Shown here: positions 10,701-24,000 of the stretch, one piece after another | How positions within the stretch are numbered: position 1 is the first letter of the stretch | Layout: each line of letters opens with the position of its first letter | Source: the human T2T-CHM13v2.0 reference genome, Homo sapiens | Assembly (NCBI RefSeq): GCF_009914755.1 | Contig: NC_060929.1 | Reading direction: 5' to 3' (one strand) | Length of the DNA: 64,000 nt | The notes under the pieces: generated by a model | The model's database searches: none | What the model saw: the letters and a program-made list of their open reading frames with translations, nothing else | Told to the model about the DNA's origin: nothing | Made by a program: the position numbers and the translations under genes

Positions 10701-13700
10701 TAAAGTCTGCACGTGGATAATTTGACCACTTAGAGGCCTTCGTTGGAAACGGGTTTTTTTCATGTAAGGCTAGACAGAAGAATTCTCAGTAACTTCCTTG
10801 TGTTCTGTGTATTCAACTCACAGAGTTGACCGATCCTTTACACAGAGCAGACTTGTAACACTCTTTTTGTGGAATTTGCAAGTGGAGATTTCAGCCGCTT
10901 TGAAGTCAAAGGTAGAAAAGGAAATATCTTCCTATAAAAACTAGACAGAATGATTCTCAGAAACTCCTTTGTGATGTGTGCGTTCAACTCACAGAGTTTA
11001 ACCTTTCTTTTCATAGAGCAGTTAGGAAACACTCTGTTTGTAAAGTCTGCAAGTGGATATTCAGACCTCTTTGAGGCCTTCGTTGGAAACGGGTTTTTTT
11101 CATATAAGGCTAGACAGAAGAATTCCCAGTAACTTCCTTGTGTTGTGTGTGTTCAACTCACAGAGTTGAACTTTGATTTACACAGAGCAGATTTGAAACA
11201 CTCTTTTTGTGGAATTTGCAAGTTTAGATTTCAAGCGCTTTGAGGCCAAAGGCAGAAAAGGAAATATCTTCGTATAAAAACTAGACAGAATCATTCTCAG
11301 AAACTGCTCTGTGATGTGTGCGTTCAACTCTCAGAGTTTAACTTTTCTTTTCATTCAGAAGTTTGGAAACACTCTGTTTGTAAAGTCTGCACGTGGATAA
11401 TTTGACCACTTAGAGTCCTTCGTTGGAAACGGGATTTTTTCCTGTAAGGCTAGACAGAAGAATTCCCAGTAACTTCCTTGTGTTGTGTACATTCAACTCA
11501 CAGAGTTGAACGTTCCCTTAGACAGAGCAGATTTGAAACACTCTTTTTGTGCAATTGGCAAGTGGAGATTTCAAGCGCTTTAAGGTCAATGGCAGAAAAG
11601 GAAATATCTTCGTTTCAAAACTAGACAGAATCATTCCCACAAACTGCGTTGTGATGTGTTCGTTCAACTCACAGAGTTTAACCTTTCTTTTCATAGAGCA
11701 GTTAGGAAACAGTCTGTTTGTAAATTCTGTAAGTGGATACTCTGACATCATGTGGCCTTCGTTGGAAACGGGATTTCTTCATATTCTGCTAGACAGAAGA
11801 ATTCTCAGAATCTTCCTTGTGTTGTGTGTATTCAACTCACAGAGTTGAACGATGGTTTACACAGAGCAGATTTGAAACACTCTTTTTGTGGAATTTGCAA
11901 GTGGAGATTTCAGCCGATTTGAGGTCAATGGTAGAAAAGGAAATATCTTGGTATAAAAACTAGACAGAATGATTCTCAGAAACTTCTTGGTGATGTGTGC
12001 GTTCAACTCACAGAGTTTAACCTTTCTTTTCATAGAGCAGTTAGGAAACACTCTGTTTGAAAACTCTCCATGTGGATATTCAGCCCTCCTTGAGGCCTTC
12101 GTTGGAAACGGGATTTCTTCATACTGTGCTAGACAGAAGAATTCTCAGTAACTTCCTTGTGTTGTGTGTATTCAACTCACAGAGTTGAACGATGCTTTAC
12201 ACAGAGCAGACTTGAAACACTCTTTTTGTGGAATTTGCAAGTGGAGATTTCAGCCGCGTTGAGGTCAGTGGTAGAAGAGGAAATATCTTCGTATAAAAAC
12301 TAGACAGAATGATTCTCAGAAACTCCTTTGTGATGTGTGTGTTCAACTCACAGAGCTTAACCTTTCTTTTCATAGAGCAGTTAGGAAACACTCTGTTTGT
12401 AAAGTCTGCAAGTGGATATTCAGACCTCTTTGAGGCCTTCGTTGGAAACGGTTTTTTTCATAGAAGGTTAGACAGAAGAATTCCCAGTAACTTCCTTGTG
12501 TTGTGTGTGTTCAACTCACAGAGTTGAACTTTGATTTACACAGAGCAGATTTGAAACACTCTTTTTGTGGAATTTGCAAGTGGAGATTTCAAGCGCTTTG
12601 AGGCCAAAGGCAGAAAAGGAAATATCTTCGTATAAAAACTAGACAGAATCATTCTCAGAAACTGCTCTGCGATGTGTGCGTTCAACTCTCAGAGTTTAAC
12701 TTTTCTTTTCATTCAGCAGTTTGGAAACACTCTGTTTGTAAAGTCTGCACGTGGATATTTTGACCACTTAGAGGCCTTCGTTGGAAACGGGTTTTTTTCC
12801 TGTAAGGCTAGACAGAAGAATTCCCAGTAACTTCCTTGTGTTGTGTACATTCAACTCACAGAGTTGAACGTTCCCTTAGACAAAGCAGATTTGAAACACT
12901 CTTTTTGTGGAATTTGCAAATGGAGATTTCAAGCGCTTTGAGGCCAAAGGCAGAAAAGGAAATATCTTCGTATAAAAACTAGACAGAATCATTCTCAGAA
13001 ACTGCTCTGCGATGTGTGCGTTCAACTCTCAGAGTTTAACTTTTCTTTTCATTCAGCAGTTTGGAAACACTCTGTTTGTAAAGTCTGCACGTGCATAATT
13101 TGACCACTTAGAGGCCTTCGTTGGAAACGGGTGTTTTTCATGTAAGGCTAGACAGAAGAATTCTCAGTAACTTCCTTGTGTTGTGTGTATTCAACTTACA
13201 GAGTTGACCGATCCTTTACACAGAGCAGACTTGTAACACTCTTTTTGTGGAATTTGCAAGTGGAGATTTCAGCCGCTTTGAAGTCAAAGGTAGAAAAGGA
13301 AATATCTTCCTATAAAAACTAGACAGAATGATTCTCAGAAACTCCTTTGTGATGTGTGCGTTCAACTCACAGAGTTTAACCTTTCTTTTCATAGAGCAGT
13401 TAGGAAACACTCTGTTTGTAAAGTCTGCAAGTGGATATTCAGACCTCTTTGAGGCCTTCGTTGGAAACGGGTTTTTTTCATATAAGGCTAGACAGAAGAA
13501 TTCCCAGTAACTTCCTTGTGTTGTGTGTGTTCAACTCACAGAGTTGAACTTTCATTTACACAGAGCAGATTTGAAACACTCTTTTTGTGGAATTTGCAAG
13601 TGGAGATTTCAAGCGCTTTGAGGCCAAAGGCAGAAAAGGAAATATCTTCGTATAAAAACTAGACAGAATCATTCTCAGAAACTGCTCTGCAATGTGTTTG

Positions 13701-13895
13701 TTCAACTCTCAGAGTTTAACTTTTCTTTTCATTCAGCAGTTTGGAAACACTCTGTTTGTAAAGTCTGCACGTGGATAATTTGACCACTTAGAGGCCTTCG
13801 TTGGAAACGGGTTTTTTTCCTGTAAGGCTAGACAGAAGAATTCCCAGTAACTTCCTTGTGTTGTGTACATTCAACTCACAGAGTTGAACGTTCCC

Positions 13896-16800
13896 TTAGA
13901 CAGAGCAGATTTGAAACACTCTTTTTGTGCAATTGGCAAGTGGAGATTTCAAGCGCTTTAAGGTCAATGGCAGAAAAGGAAATATCTTCGTTTCAAAACT
14001 AGACAGAATCATTCCCACAAACTGCGTTGTGATGTGTTCGTTCAACTCACAGAGTTTAACCTTTCTTTTCATAGAGCAGTTAGGAAACAGTCTGTTTGTA
14101 AATTCTGTAAGTGGATATTCTGACATCTTGTGGCCTTCGTTGGAAACGGGATTTCTTCATATTCTGCTAGACAGAAGAATTCTCAGAATCTTCCTTGTGT
14201 TGTGTGTATTCAACTCACAGAGTTGAACGATGGTTTACACAGAGCAGATATGAAACACTCTTTTTGTGGAATTTGCAAGTGGAGATTTCAGCCGCTTTGA
14301 GGTCAATGGTAGAAAAGGAAATATCTTCGTATAAAAACTAGACAGAATGATTCTCAGAAACTTCTTGGTGATGTGTGCGTTCAACTCACAGAGTTTAACC
14401 TTTCTTTTCATAGAGCAGTTAGGAAACACTCTGTTTGAAAACTCTGCAAGTGGATATTCAGACCTCCTTGAGGCCTTCGTTGGAAACGGGATTTCTTCAT
14501 ACTGTGCTAGACAGAGGAATTCTCAGTAACTTCCTTGTGTTGTGTGTATTCAACTCACAGAGTTGAACGATCCTTTACACAGAGCAGACTTGAAACACTC
14601 TTTTTGTGGAATTTGCAAGTGGAGATTTCAGCCGCGTTGAGGTCAATGGTAGAAGAGGAAATATCTTCGTATAAAAACTAGACAGAATGATTCTCAGAAA
14701 CTCCTTTGTGATGTGTGTGTTCAACTCACAGAGTTTAACCTTTCTTTTCATAGAGCAGTTAGGAAACACTCTGTTTGTAAAGTCTGCAAGTGGATATTCA
14801 GACCTCTTTGAGGCCTTCGTTGGAAACGGGTTTTTTTCATAGAAGGCTAGACAGAAGAATTCCCAGTAACTTCCTTGTGTTGTGTGTGTTCAACTCACAG
14901 AGTTGAACTTTGATTTACACAGAGCAGATTTGAAACACTCTTTTTGTGGAATTTGCAAGTGGAGATTTCAAGCGCTTTGAGGCCAAAGGCAGAAAAGGAA
15001 ATATCTTCGTATAAAAACTAGACAGAATCATTCTCAGAAACTGCTCTGCGATGTGTGCGTTCAACTCTCAGAGTTTAACTTTTCTTTTCATTCAGCAGTT
15101 TGGAAACACTCTGTTTGTAAAGTCTGCACGTGGATATTTTGACCACTTAGAGGCCTTCGTTGGAAACGGGTTTTTTTCTTGTAAGGCTAGACAGAAGAAT
15201 TCCCAGTAACTTCCTTGTGTTGTGTACATTCAACTCACAGAGTTGAACGTTCCCTTAGAAAGAGCAGATTTGAAACACTCTTTTTGTGCAATTGGCAAGT
15301 GGAGATTTCAAGCGATTTAAGGTCAATGGCAGAAAAGGAAATATCTTCGTTTCAAAACTAGACAGAATCATTCCCACAAACTGCGTTGTGATGTGTTCGT
15401 TCAACTCACAGAGTTTAACCTTTCTTTTCATAGAGCAGTTAGGAAACAGTCTGTTTGTAAATTCTGTAAGTGGATATTCTGACATCTTGTGGCCTTCGTT
15501 GGAAACGGGATTTCTTCATATTCTGCTAGACAGAAGAATTCTCAGAATCTTCCTTGTGTTGTGTGTATTCAACTCACAGAGTTGAACGATGGTTTACACA
15601 GAACAGATTTGAAACACTCTTTTTGTGGAATTTGCAAGTGGAGATTTCAGCCGCTTTGAGGTCTGTGGTAGAAAAGGAAATATCTTCGTATAAAAACTAG
15701 ACAGAATGATTCTCAGAAACTTCTTTGTGATGTGTGCGTTCAACTCACAGAGTTTAACCTTTCTTTTCATAGAGCAGTTAGGAAACACTCTGTTTGAAAA
15801 CTCTGCAAGTGGATATTCAGACCTCCTTGAGGCCTTCGTTGGAAACGGGATTTCTTCATACTGTGCTAGACAGAGGAATTCTCAGTAACTTCCTTGTGTT
15901 GTGTGTATTCAACTCACAGAGTTGAACGATCCTTTACACAGAGCAGACTTGAAACACTCTTTTTGTGGAATTTGCAAGTGGAGATTTCAGCCGCGTTGAG
16001 GTCAATGGTAGAAGAGGAAATATCTTCGTATAAAAACTAGACAGAATGATTCTCAGAAACTCCTTTGTGATGTGTGTGTTCAACTCACAGAGTTTAACCT
16101 TTCTTTTCATAGAGCAGTTAGGAAACACTCTGTTTGTAAAGTCTGCAAGTGGATATTCAGACCTCTTTGAGGCCTTCGTTGGAAACGGGTTTTTTTCATA
16201 GAAGGCTAGACAGAAGAATTCCCAGTAACTTCCTTGTGTTGTGTGTGTTCAACTCACAGAGTTGAACTTTGATTTACACAGAGCAGATTTGAAACACTCT
16301 TTTTGTGGAATTTGCAAGTGGAGATTTCAAGCGCTTTGAGGCCAAAGGCAGAAAAGGAAATATCTTCGTATAAAAACTAGACAGAATCATTCTCAGAAAC
16401 TGCTCTGCGATGTGTGCGTTCAACTCTCAGAGTTTAACTTTTCTTTTCATTCAGCAGTTTGGAAACACTCTGTTTGTAAAGTCTGCACGTGGATATTTTG
16501 ACCACTTAGAGGCCTTCGTTGGAAACGGGTTTTTTTCCTGTAAGGCTAGACAGAAGAATTCCCAGTAACTTCCTTGTGTTGTGTACATTCAACTCACAGA
16601 GTTGAACGTTCCCTTAGAAAGAGCAGATTTGAAACACTCTTTTTGTGCAATTGGCAAGTGGAGATTTCAAGCAATTTAAGGTCAATGGCAGAAAAGGAAA
16701 TATCTTCGTTTCAAAACTAGACAGAATCATTCCCACAAACTGCGTTGTGATGTGTTCGTTCAACTCACAGAGTTTAACCTTTCTTTTCATAGAGCAGTTA

Positions 16801-17120
16801 GGAAACAGTCTGTTTGTAAATTCTGTAAGTGGATATTCTGACATCTTGTGGCCTTCGTTGGAAACGGGATTTCTTCATATTCTGCTAGACAGAAGAATTC
16901 TCAGAATCTTCCTTGTGTTGTGTGTATTCAACTCACAGAGTTGAACGATGGTTTACACAGAACAGATTTGAAACACTCTTTTTGTGGAATTTGCAAGTGG
17001 AGATTTCAGCCGCTTTGAGGTCCGTGGTAGAAAAGGAAATATCTTCGTATAAAAACTAGACAGAATGATTCTCAGAAACTTCTTTGTGATGTGTGCGTTC
17101 AACTCACAGAGTTTAACCTT
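13896..17120 (+). repeat. Tandem 8-monomer HOR variants (1359-bp period)
   Basis: Marker dimers at 13896, 15255 and 16614. Variants shared at +1359: TTGAAAACTC, ACAGAGGAAT, AGAAGAGGAA, CATAGAAGGC, CTTAGAAAGAG, CAGAACAGAT. Confidence 0.85.
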
Positions 17121-20100
17121 TCTTTTCATAGAGCAGTTAGGAAACACTCTGTTTGTAAACTCTGCAAGTGGATATACAGACCTCTTTGAGGCCTTCGTTG
17201 GAAACGGGATTTCTTCATACTGTGCTAGACAGAAGAATTCTCAGTAACTTCCTTGTGTTGTGTGTATTCAACTCACAGAGTTGAACGATCCTTTACACAG
17301 AGCGGACTTGAAACACTCTTTTTGTGGAATGTGCAAGTGGAGATTTCAGCCGCGTTGAGGTCAATGGTAGAAAAGGAAATATCTTCGTATAAAAACTAGA
17401 CAGAATGATTCTCAGAAACTCCTTTATGATGTGTGTGTTCAACTCACAGAGTTTAACCTTTCTTTTCATAGAGCAGTTAGGAAACACTCTGTTTGTAAAG
17501 TCTGCAAGTGGATATTCAGACCTCTTTGAGGCCTTCGTTGGAAACGGGTTTTTTTCATATAAGGCTAGACAGAAGAATTCCCAGTAACTTCCTTGTGTTG
17601 TGTGTGTTCAACTCACAGAGTTGAACTTTCATTTACACAGAGCAGATTTGAAACACTCTTTTTGTGGAATTTGCAAGTGGAGATTTCAAGCGCTTTGAGG
17701 CCAAAGGCAGAAAAGGAAATATCTTCGTATAAAAACTAGACAGAATCATTCTCAGAAACTGCTCTGCGATGTGTGTGTTCAACTCTCAGAGTTTAACTTT
17801 TCTTTTCATTCAGCAGTTTGGAAACACTCTGTTTGTAATGTCTGCACGTGGATAATTTGACCACTTAGAGGCCTTCGTTGGAAACGGGTTTTTTTCATGT
17901 AAGGCTATACAGAAGAATTCCCAGTAACTTCCTTGTGTTGTGTACATTCAACTAACAGAGTTGAACGATCCTTTACACAGAGCAGACTTGTAACAATCTT
18001 TTTGTGGAATTTGCAAGTGGAGATTTCAGCCGCTTTGAAGTCAAAGGTAGAAAAGGAAATATCTTCCTATAAAAACTAGACAGAATGATTCTCAGAAACT
18101 CCTTTGTGATGTGTGCGTTCAGCTCACAGAGTTTAACCTTTCTTTTCATAGAGCAGTTAGGAAACACTCTGTTTGTAAAGTCTGCAAGTGTATATTCAGA
18201 CCTCTTTGAGGCCTTCGTTGGAAACGCGTTTTTTTCATATAAGGCTAGACAGAAGAATTCCCAGTAACTTCCTTGTGTTGTGTGTGTTCAACTCTGTGAG
18301 TTGAACTTTCATTTACACAGAGCAGATTTGAAACACTCTTTTTGTGGAATTTGCAAGTGGAGATTTCAAGCGCTTTGAGGCCAAAGGCAGAAAAGGAAAT
18401 ATCTTCGTATAAAAACTAGACAGAATCACTCTCAGAAACTGCTCTGCGATGTGTGCGTTCAACTCTCAGAGTTTAACTTTTCTTTTCATTCAGCAGTTTG
18501 GAAACACTCTGTTTGTAAAGTCTGCACGTGGATATTTTGACCACTCAGAGGCCTTCGTTGGAAACGGGTTTTTTTCCTGTAAGGCTAGACAGAAGAATTC
18601 CCAGTAACTTCCTTGTGTTGTGTACATTCAACTCACAGAGTTGAACGTTCCCTTAGACAGAGCAGATTTGAAACACTCTTTTTGTGCAATTGGCACGTGG
18701 AGATTTCAAGAGTTTTAAGGTGAATGGCAGAAAAGGAAATATCTTCGTTTCAAAACTAGACAGAATCATTCCCACAAACTGCGTTGTGATGTGTTCGTTC
18801 AAATCACAGAGTTTAACCTTTCTTTTCATAGAGCAGTTAGGAAACAGTCTGTTTGTAAATTCTGTAAGTGGATATTCTGACATCTTGTGGCCTTCGTTGG
18901 AAACGGGATTTCTTCATATTCTGCTAGACAGAAGAATTCTCAGAATCTTCCTTGTGTTGTGTGTATTCAACTCACAGAGTTGAACGATCCTTTACACAGA
19001 GCAGACTTGAAACACTCTTTTTGTGGAATTTGCAAGTGGAGATTTCAGCCGCTTTGAGGTCCATGGTAGAAAAGGAAATATCTTCGTATAAAAACTAGAC
19101 AGAATGATTCTCAGAAACTTCTTTGTGATGTGTGCGTTCAACTCACAGAGTTTAACCTTTCTTTTCATAGAGCAGTTAGGAAACACTCTGTTTGTAAACT
19201 CTGCAAGTGGATATTCAGACCTCTTTGAGGCCTTCGTTGGAAACGGGATTTCTTCATACTATGCTAGACAGAAGAATTCTCAGTAACTTCTTTGTGTTGT
19301 GTGTATTCAACTCACAGAGTTGAACGATCCTTTACACAGAGCAGACTTGAAACACTCGTTTTGTGGAATTTGCAAGTGGAGATTTCAGCCGCTTTGAGGT
19401 CCATGGTAGAAAAGGAAATATCTTCGTATAAAAACTTGACAGAATGATTCTCAGAAACTTCTTTGTGATGTGTGCGTTCAACTCACAGAGTTTAACCTTT
19501 CTTTTCATAGAGCAGTTAGGAAACACTCTGTTTGTAAACTCTGCAAGTGGATATTCAGACCTCTTTGAGGCCTTCGTTGGAAACGGGATTTCTTCATACT
19601 ATGCTAGACAGAAGAATTCTCAGTAACTTCTTGGTGTTGTGTGTATTCAACTCACAGAGTTGAACGATGCTTTACACAGAGTAGACTTGAAACACTCGTT
19701 TTGTGGAATTTGCAAGTGGAGATTTCAGCCGCTTTGAGGTCCATGGTAGAAAAGGAAATATCTTCGTATAAAAACTAGACAGAATGATTCTCAGAAACTC
19801 CTTTGTGATGTGTGTGTTCAACTCACAGAGTTTAACCTTTCTTTTCATAGAGCAGTTAGGAAACACTCTGTTTGTAAAGTCTGCAAGTGGATATTCAGAC
19901 CTCTTTGAGGCCTTCGTTGGAAACGGGTTTTTTTCATATAAGGCTAGACAGAAGAATTCCCAGTAACTTCCTTGTGTTGTGTGTGTTCAACTCACAGAGT
20001 TGAACTTTCATTTACACAGAGCAGATTTGAAACACTCTTTTTGTGGAATTTGCAAGTGGAGATTTCAAGCGCTTTGTGGCCAAAGGCAGAAAAGGAAATA

Positions 20101-21031
20101 TCTTCGTATAAAAACTAGACAGAATCATTCTCAGAAACTGCTCTGCGATGTGTGCGTTCAACTCTCAGAGTTTAACTTTTCTTTTCATTCAGCAGTTTGG
20201 AAACACTCTGTTTGTAAAGTCTGCACGTGGATAATTGGACCACTTAGAGGCCTTCGTTGGAAACGGGTTTTTTTCATGTAAGGCTATACAGAAGAATTCT
20301 CAGTAACTTCCTTGTGTTGTGTGTATTCAACTCACAGAGTTGAACGATCCTTTACACAGAGCAGACTTGTAACACTCTTTTTGTGGAATTTGCAAGTGGA
20401 GATTTCAGCCGCTTTGAAGTCAAAGGTAGAAAAGGAAATATCTTCCTATAAAAACTAGACAGAATGATTCTCAGAAACTCCTTTGTGATGTGTGCGTTCA
20501 ACTCACAGAGTTTAACCTTTCTTTTCATAGAGCAGTTAGGAAACACTCTGTTTGTAAAGTCTGCAAGTGGATATTCAGACCTCTTTGAGGCCTTCGTTGG
20601 AAACGGGTTTTTTTCATATAAGGCTAGACAGAAGAATTCCCAGTAACTTCCTTGTGTTGTCTGTGTTCAACTCACGGAGTTGAGCTTTCATTTACACAGA
20701 GCAGATTTGAAACACTCTTTTTGTGGAATTTGCAAGTGGAGATTTCAAGCGCTTTGAGGCCAAAGGCAGAAAAGGAAATATCTTCGTATAAAATCTAGAC
20801 AGAATCACTCTCAGAAACTGCTCTGCGATGTGTGCGTTCAACTCTCAGAGTTTAACTTTTCTTTTCATTCAGCAGTTTGGAAACACTCTGTTTGTAAAGT
20901 CTGCACGTGGATATTTTGACCACTCAGAGGCCTTCGTTGGAAACGGGTTTTTTTCCTGTAAGGCTAGACAGAAGAATTCCCAGTAACTTCCTTGTGTTGT
21001 GTACATTCAACTCACAGAGTTGAACGTTCCC

Positions 21032-24000
21032 TTAGACAGAGCAGATTTGAAACACTCTTTTTGTGCAATTGGCAAGTGGAGATTTCAAGAGTTTTAAGGT
21101 CAATGGCAGAAAAGGAAATATCTTCGTTTCAAAACTAGACAGAATCATTCCCACAAACTGCGTTGTGATGTGTTCGTTCAAATCACAGAGTTTAACCTTT
21201 CTTTTCATAGAGCAGTTAGGAAACAGTCTGTTTGTAAATTCTGTAAGTGGATATTCTGACATCTTGTGGCCTTCGTTGGAAACGGGATTTCTTCATATTC
21301 TGCTAGACAGAAGAATTCTCAGAATCTTCCTTGTGTTGTGTGTATTCAACTCACAGAGTTGAACGATCCTTTACACAGAGCAGACTTGAAACACTCTTTT
21401 TGTGGAATTTGCAAGTGGAGATTTCAGCCGCTTTGAGGTCCATGGTAGAAAAGGAAATATCTTCGTATAAAAACTAGACAGAATGATTCTCAGAAACTTC
21501 TTTGTGATGTGTGCGTTCAACTCACAGAGTTTAACCTTTCTTTTCATAGAGCAGTTAGGAAACACTCTGTTTGTAAACTCTGCAAGTGGATATTCAGACC
21601 TCTTTGAAGCCTTCGTTGGAAACGGGATTTCTTCATACTATGCTAGACAGAAGAATTCTCAGTAACTTCTTTGTGTTGTGTGTATTCAACTCACAGAGTT
21701 GAGCGATCCTTTACACAGAGCAGACTTGAAACACTCGTTTTGTGGAATTTGCAAGTGGAGATTTCAGCCGCTTTGAGGTCAATGGTAGAAAAGGAAATAT
21801 CTTCGTATAAAAACTAGACAGAGTGATTCTCAGAAACTCCTTTGTGATGTGTGCGTTCAACTCACAGAGTTTAACCTTTCTTTTCATAGAGCAGTTAGGA
21901 AACACTCTGTTTGTAAAGTCTGCAAGTGGATATTCAGACCTCTTTGAGGCCTTCGTTGGAAACGGGTTTTTTTCATATAAGGCTAGACAGAAGAATTCCC
22001 AGTAACTTCCTTGTGTTGTGTGTGTTCAACTCACAGAGTTGAACTTTCATTTACACAGAGCAGATTTGAAACACTCTTTTTGTGGAATTTGCAAATGGAG
22101 ATTTCAAGCGCTTTTAGGCCAAAGCAGAAAAGGAAATATCTTCGTATAAAAACTAGACAGAATCATTCTCAGAAACTGCTCTGCGATGTGTGCGTTCAAC
22201 TCTCAGAGTTTAACTTTTCTTTTCATTCAGCAGTTTGGAAACACTCTGTTTGTAAAGTCTGCACGTGGATAATTTGACCACTTAGAGGCCTTCGTTGGAA
22301 ACGGGTTTTTTTCATGTAAGGCTATACAGAAGAATTCTCAGTAACTTCCTTGTGTTGTGTGTATTCAACTTACAGAGTTGAACGATCCTTTACACAGAGC
22401 AGACTTGTAACACTCTTTTTGTGGAATTTGCAAGTGGAGATTTCAGCCGCTTTGAAGTCAAAGGTAGAAAAGGAAATATCTTCCTATAAAAACTAGACAG
22501 AATGATTATCAGAAACTCCTTTGTGATGTGTGCGTTCAACTCACAGAGTTTAACCTTTCTTTTCATAGAGCAGTTAGGAAACACTCTGTTTGTAAAGTCT
22601 GCAAGTGGATATTCAGACCTCTTTGAGGCCTTCGTTGGAAACGGGTTTTTTTCATATAAGGCTAGACAGAAGAATTCCCAGTAACTTCCTTGTGTTGTGT
22701 GTGTTCAACTCACAGAGTTGAACTTTCATTTACGCAGAGCCGATTTGAAACACTCTTTTTGTGGAATTTGCAAGTGGAGATTTCAAGCGCTTTGAGGCCA
22801 AAGGCAGAAAAGGAAATATCTTCGTATAAAAACTAGACAGAATCATTCTCAGAAACTGCTCTGCGATGTGTGCGTTCAACTCTCAGAGTTTAACTTTTCT
22901 TTTCATTCAGCAGTTTGGAAACACTCTGTTTGTAAAGTCTGCACGTGGATATTTTGACCACTCAGAGGCCTTCGTTGGAAACGGGTTTTTTTCCTGTAAG
23001 GCTAGACAGAAGAATTCCCAGTAACTTCCTTGTGTTGTGTACATTCAACTCACAGAGTTGAACGTTCCCTTAGACAGAGCAGATTTGAAACACTCTTTTT
23101 GTGCAATTGGCAAGTGGAGATTTCAAGAGTTTTAAGGTCAATGGCAGAAAAGGAAATATCTTCGTTTCAAAACTAGACAGAATCATTCCCACAAACTGCG
23201 TTGTGATGTGTTCGTTCAAATCACAGAGTTTAACCTTTCTTTTCATAGAGCAGTTAGGAAACAGTCTGTTTGTAAATTCTGTAAGTGGATATTCTGACAT
23301 CTTGTGGCCTTCGTTGGAAACGGGATTTCTTCATATTCTGCTAGACAGAAGAATTCTCAGAATCTTCCTTGTGTTGTGTGTATTCAACTCACAGAGTTGA
23401 ACGATCCTTTACACAGAGCAGACTTGAAACACTCTTTTTGTGGAATTTGCAAGTGGAGATTTCAGCCGCTTTGAGGTCCATGGTAGAAAAGGAAATATCT
23501 TCGTATAAAAACTAGACAGAATGATTCTCAGAAACTTCTTTGTGATGTGTGCGTTCAACTCACAGAGTTTAACCTTTCTTTTCATAGAGCAGTTAGGAAA
23601 CACTCTGTTTGTAAACTCTGCAAGTGGATATTCAGACCTCTTTGAAGCCTTCGTTGGAAACGGGATTTCTTCATACTATGCTAGACAGAAGAATTCTCAG
23701 TAACTTCTTTGTGTTGTGTGTATTCAACTCACAGAGTTGAGCGATCCTTTACACAGAGCAGACTTGAAACACTCGTTTTGTGGAATTTGCAAGTGGAGAT
23801 TTCAGCCGCTTTAAGGTCAATGGTAGAAAAGGAAATATCTTCGTATAAAAACTAGACAGAGTGATTCTCAGAAACTCCTTTGTGATGTGTGCGTTCAACT
23901 CACAGAGTTTAACCTTTCTTTTCATAGAGCAGTTAGGAAACACTCTGTTTGTAAAGTCTGCAAGTGGATATTCAGACCTCTTTGAGGCCTTCGTTGGAAA

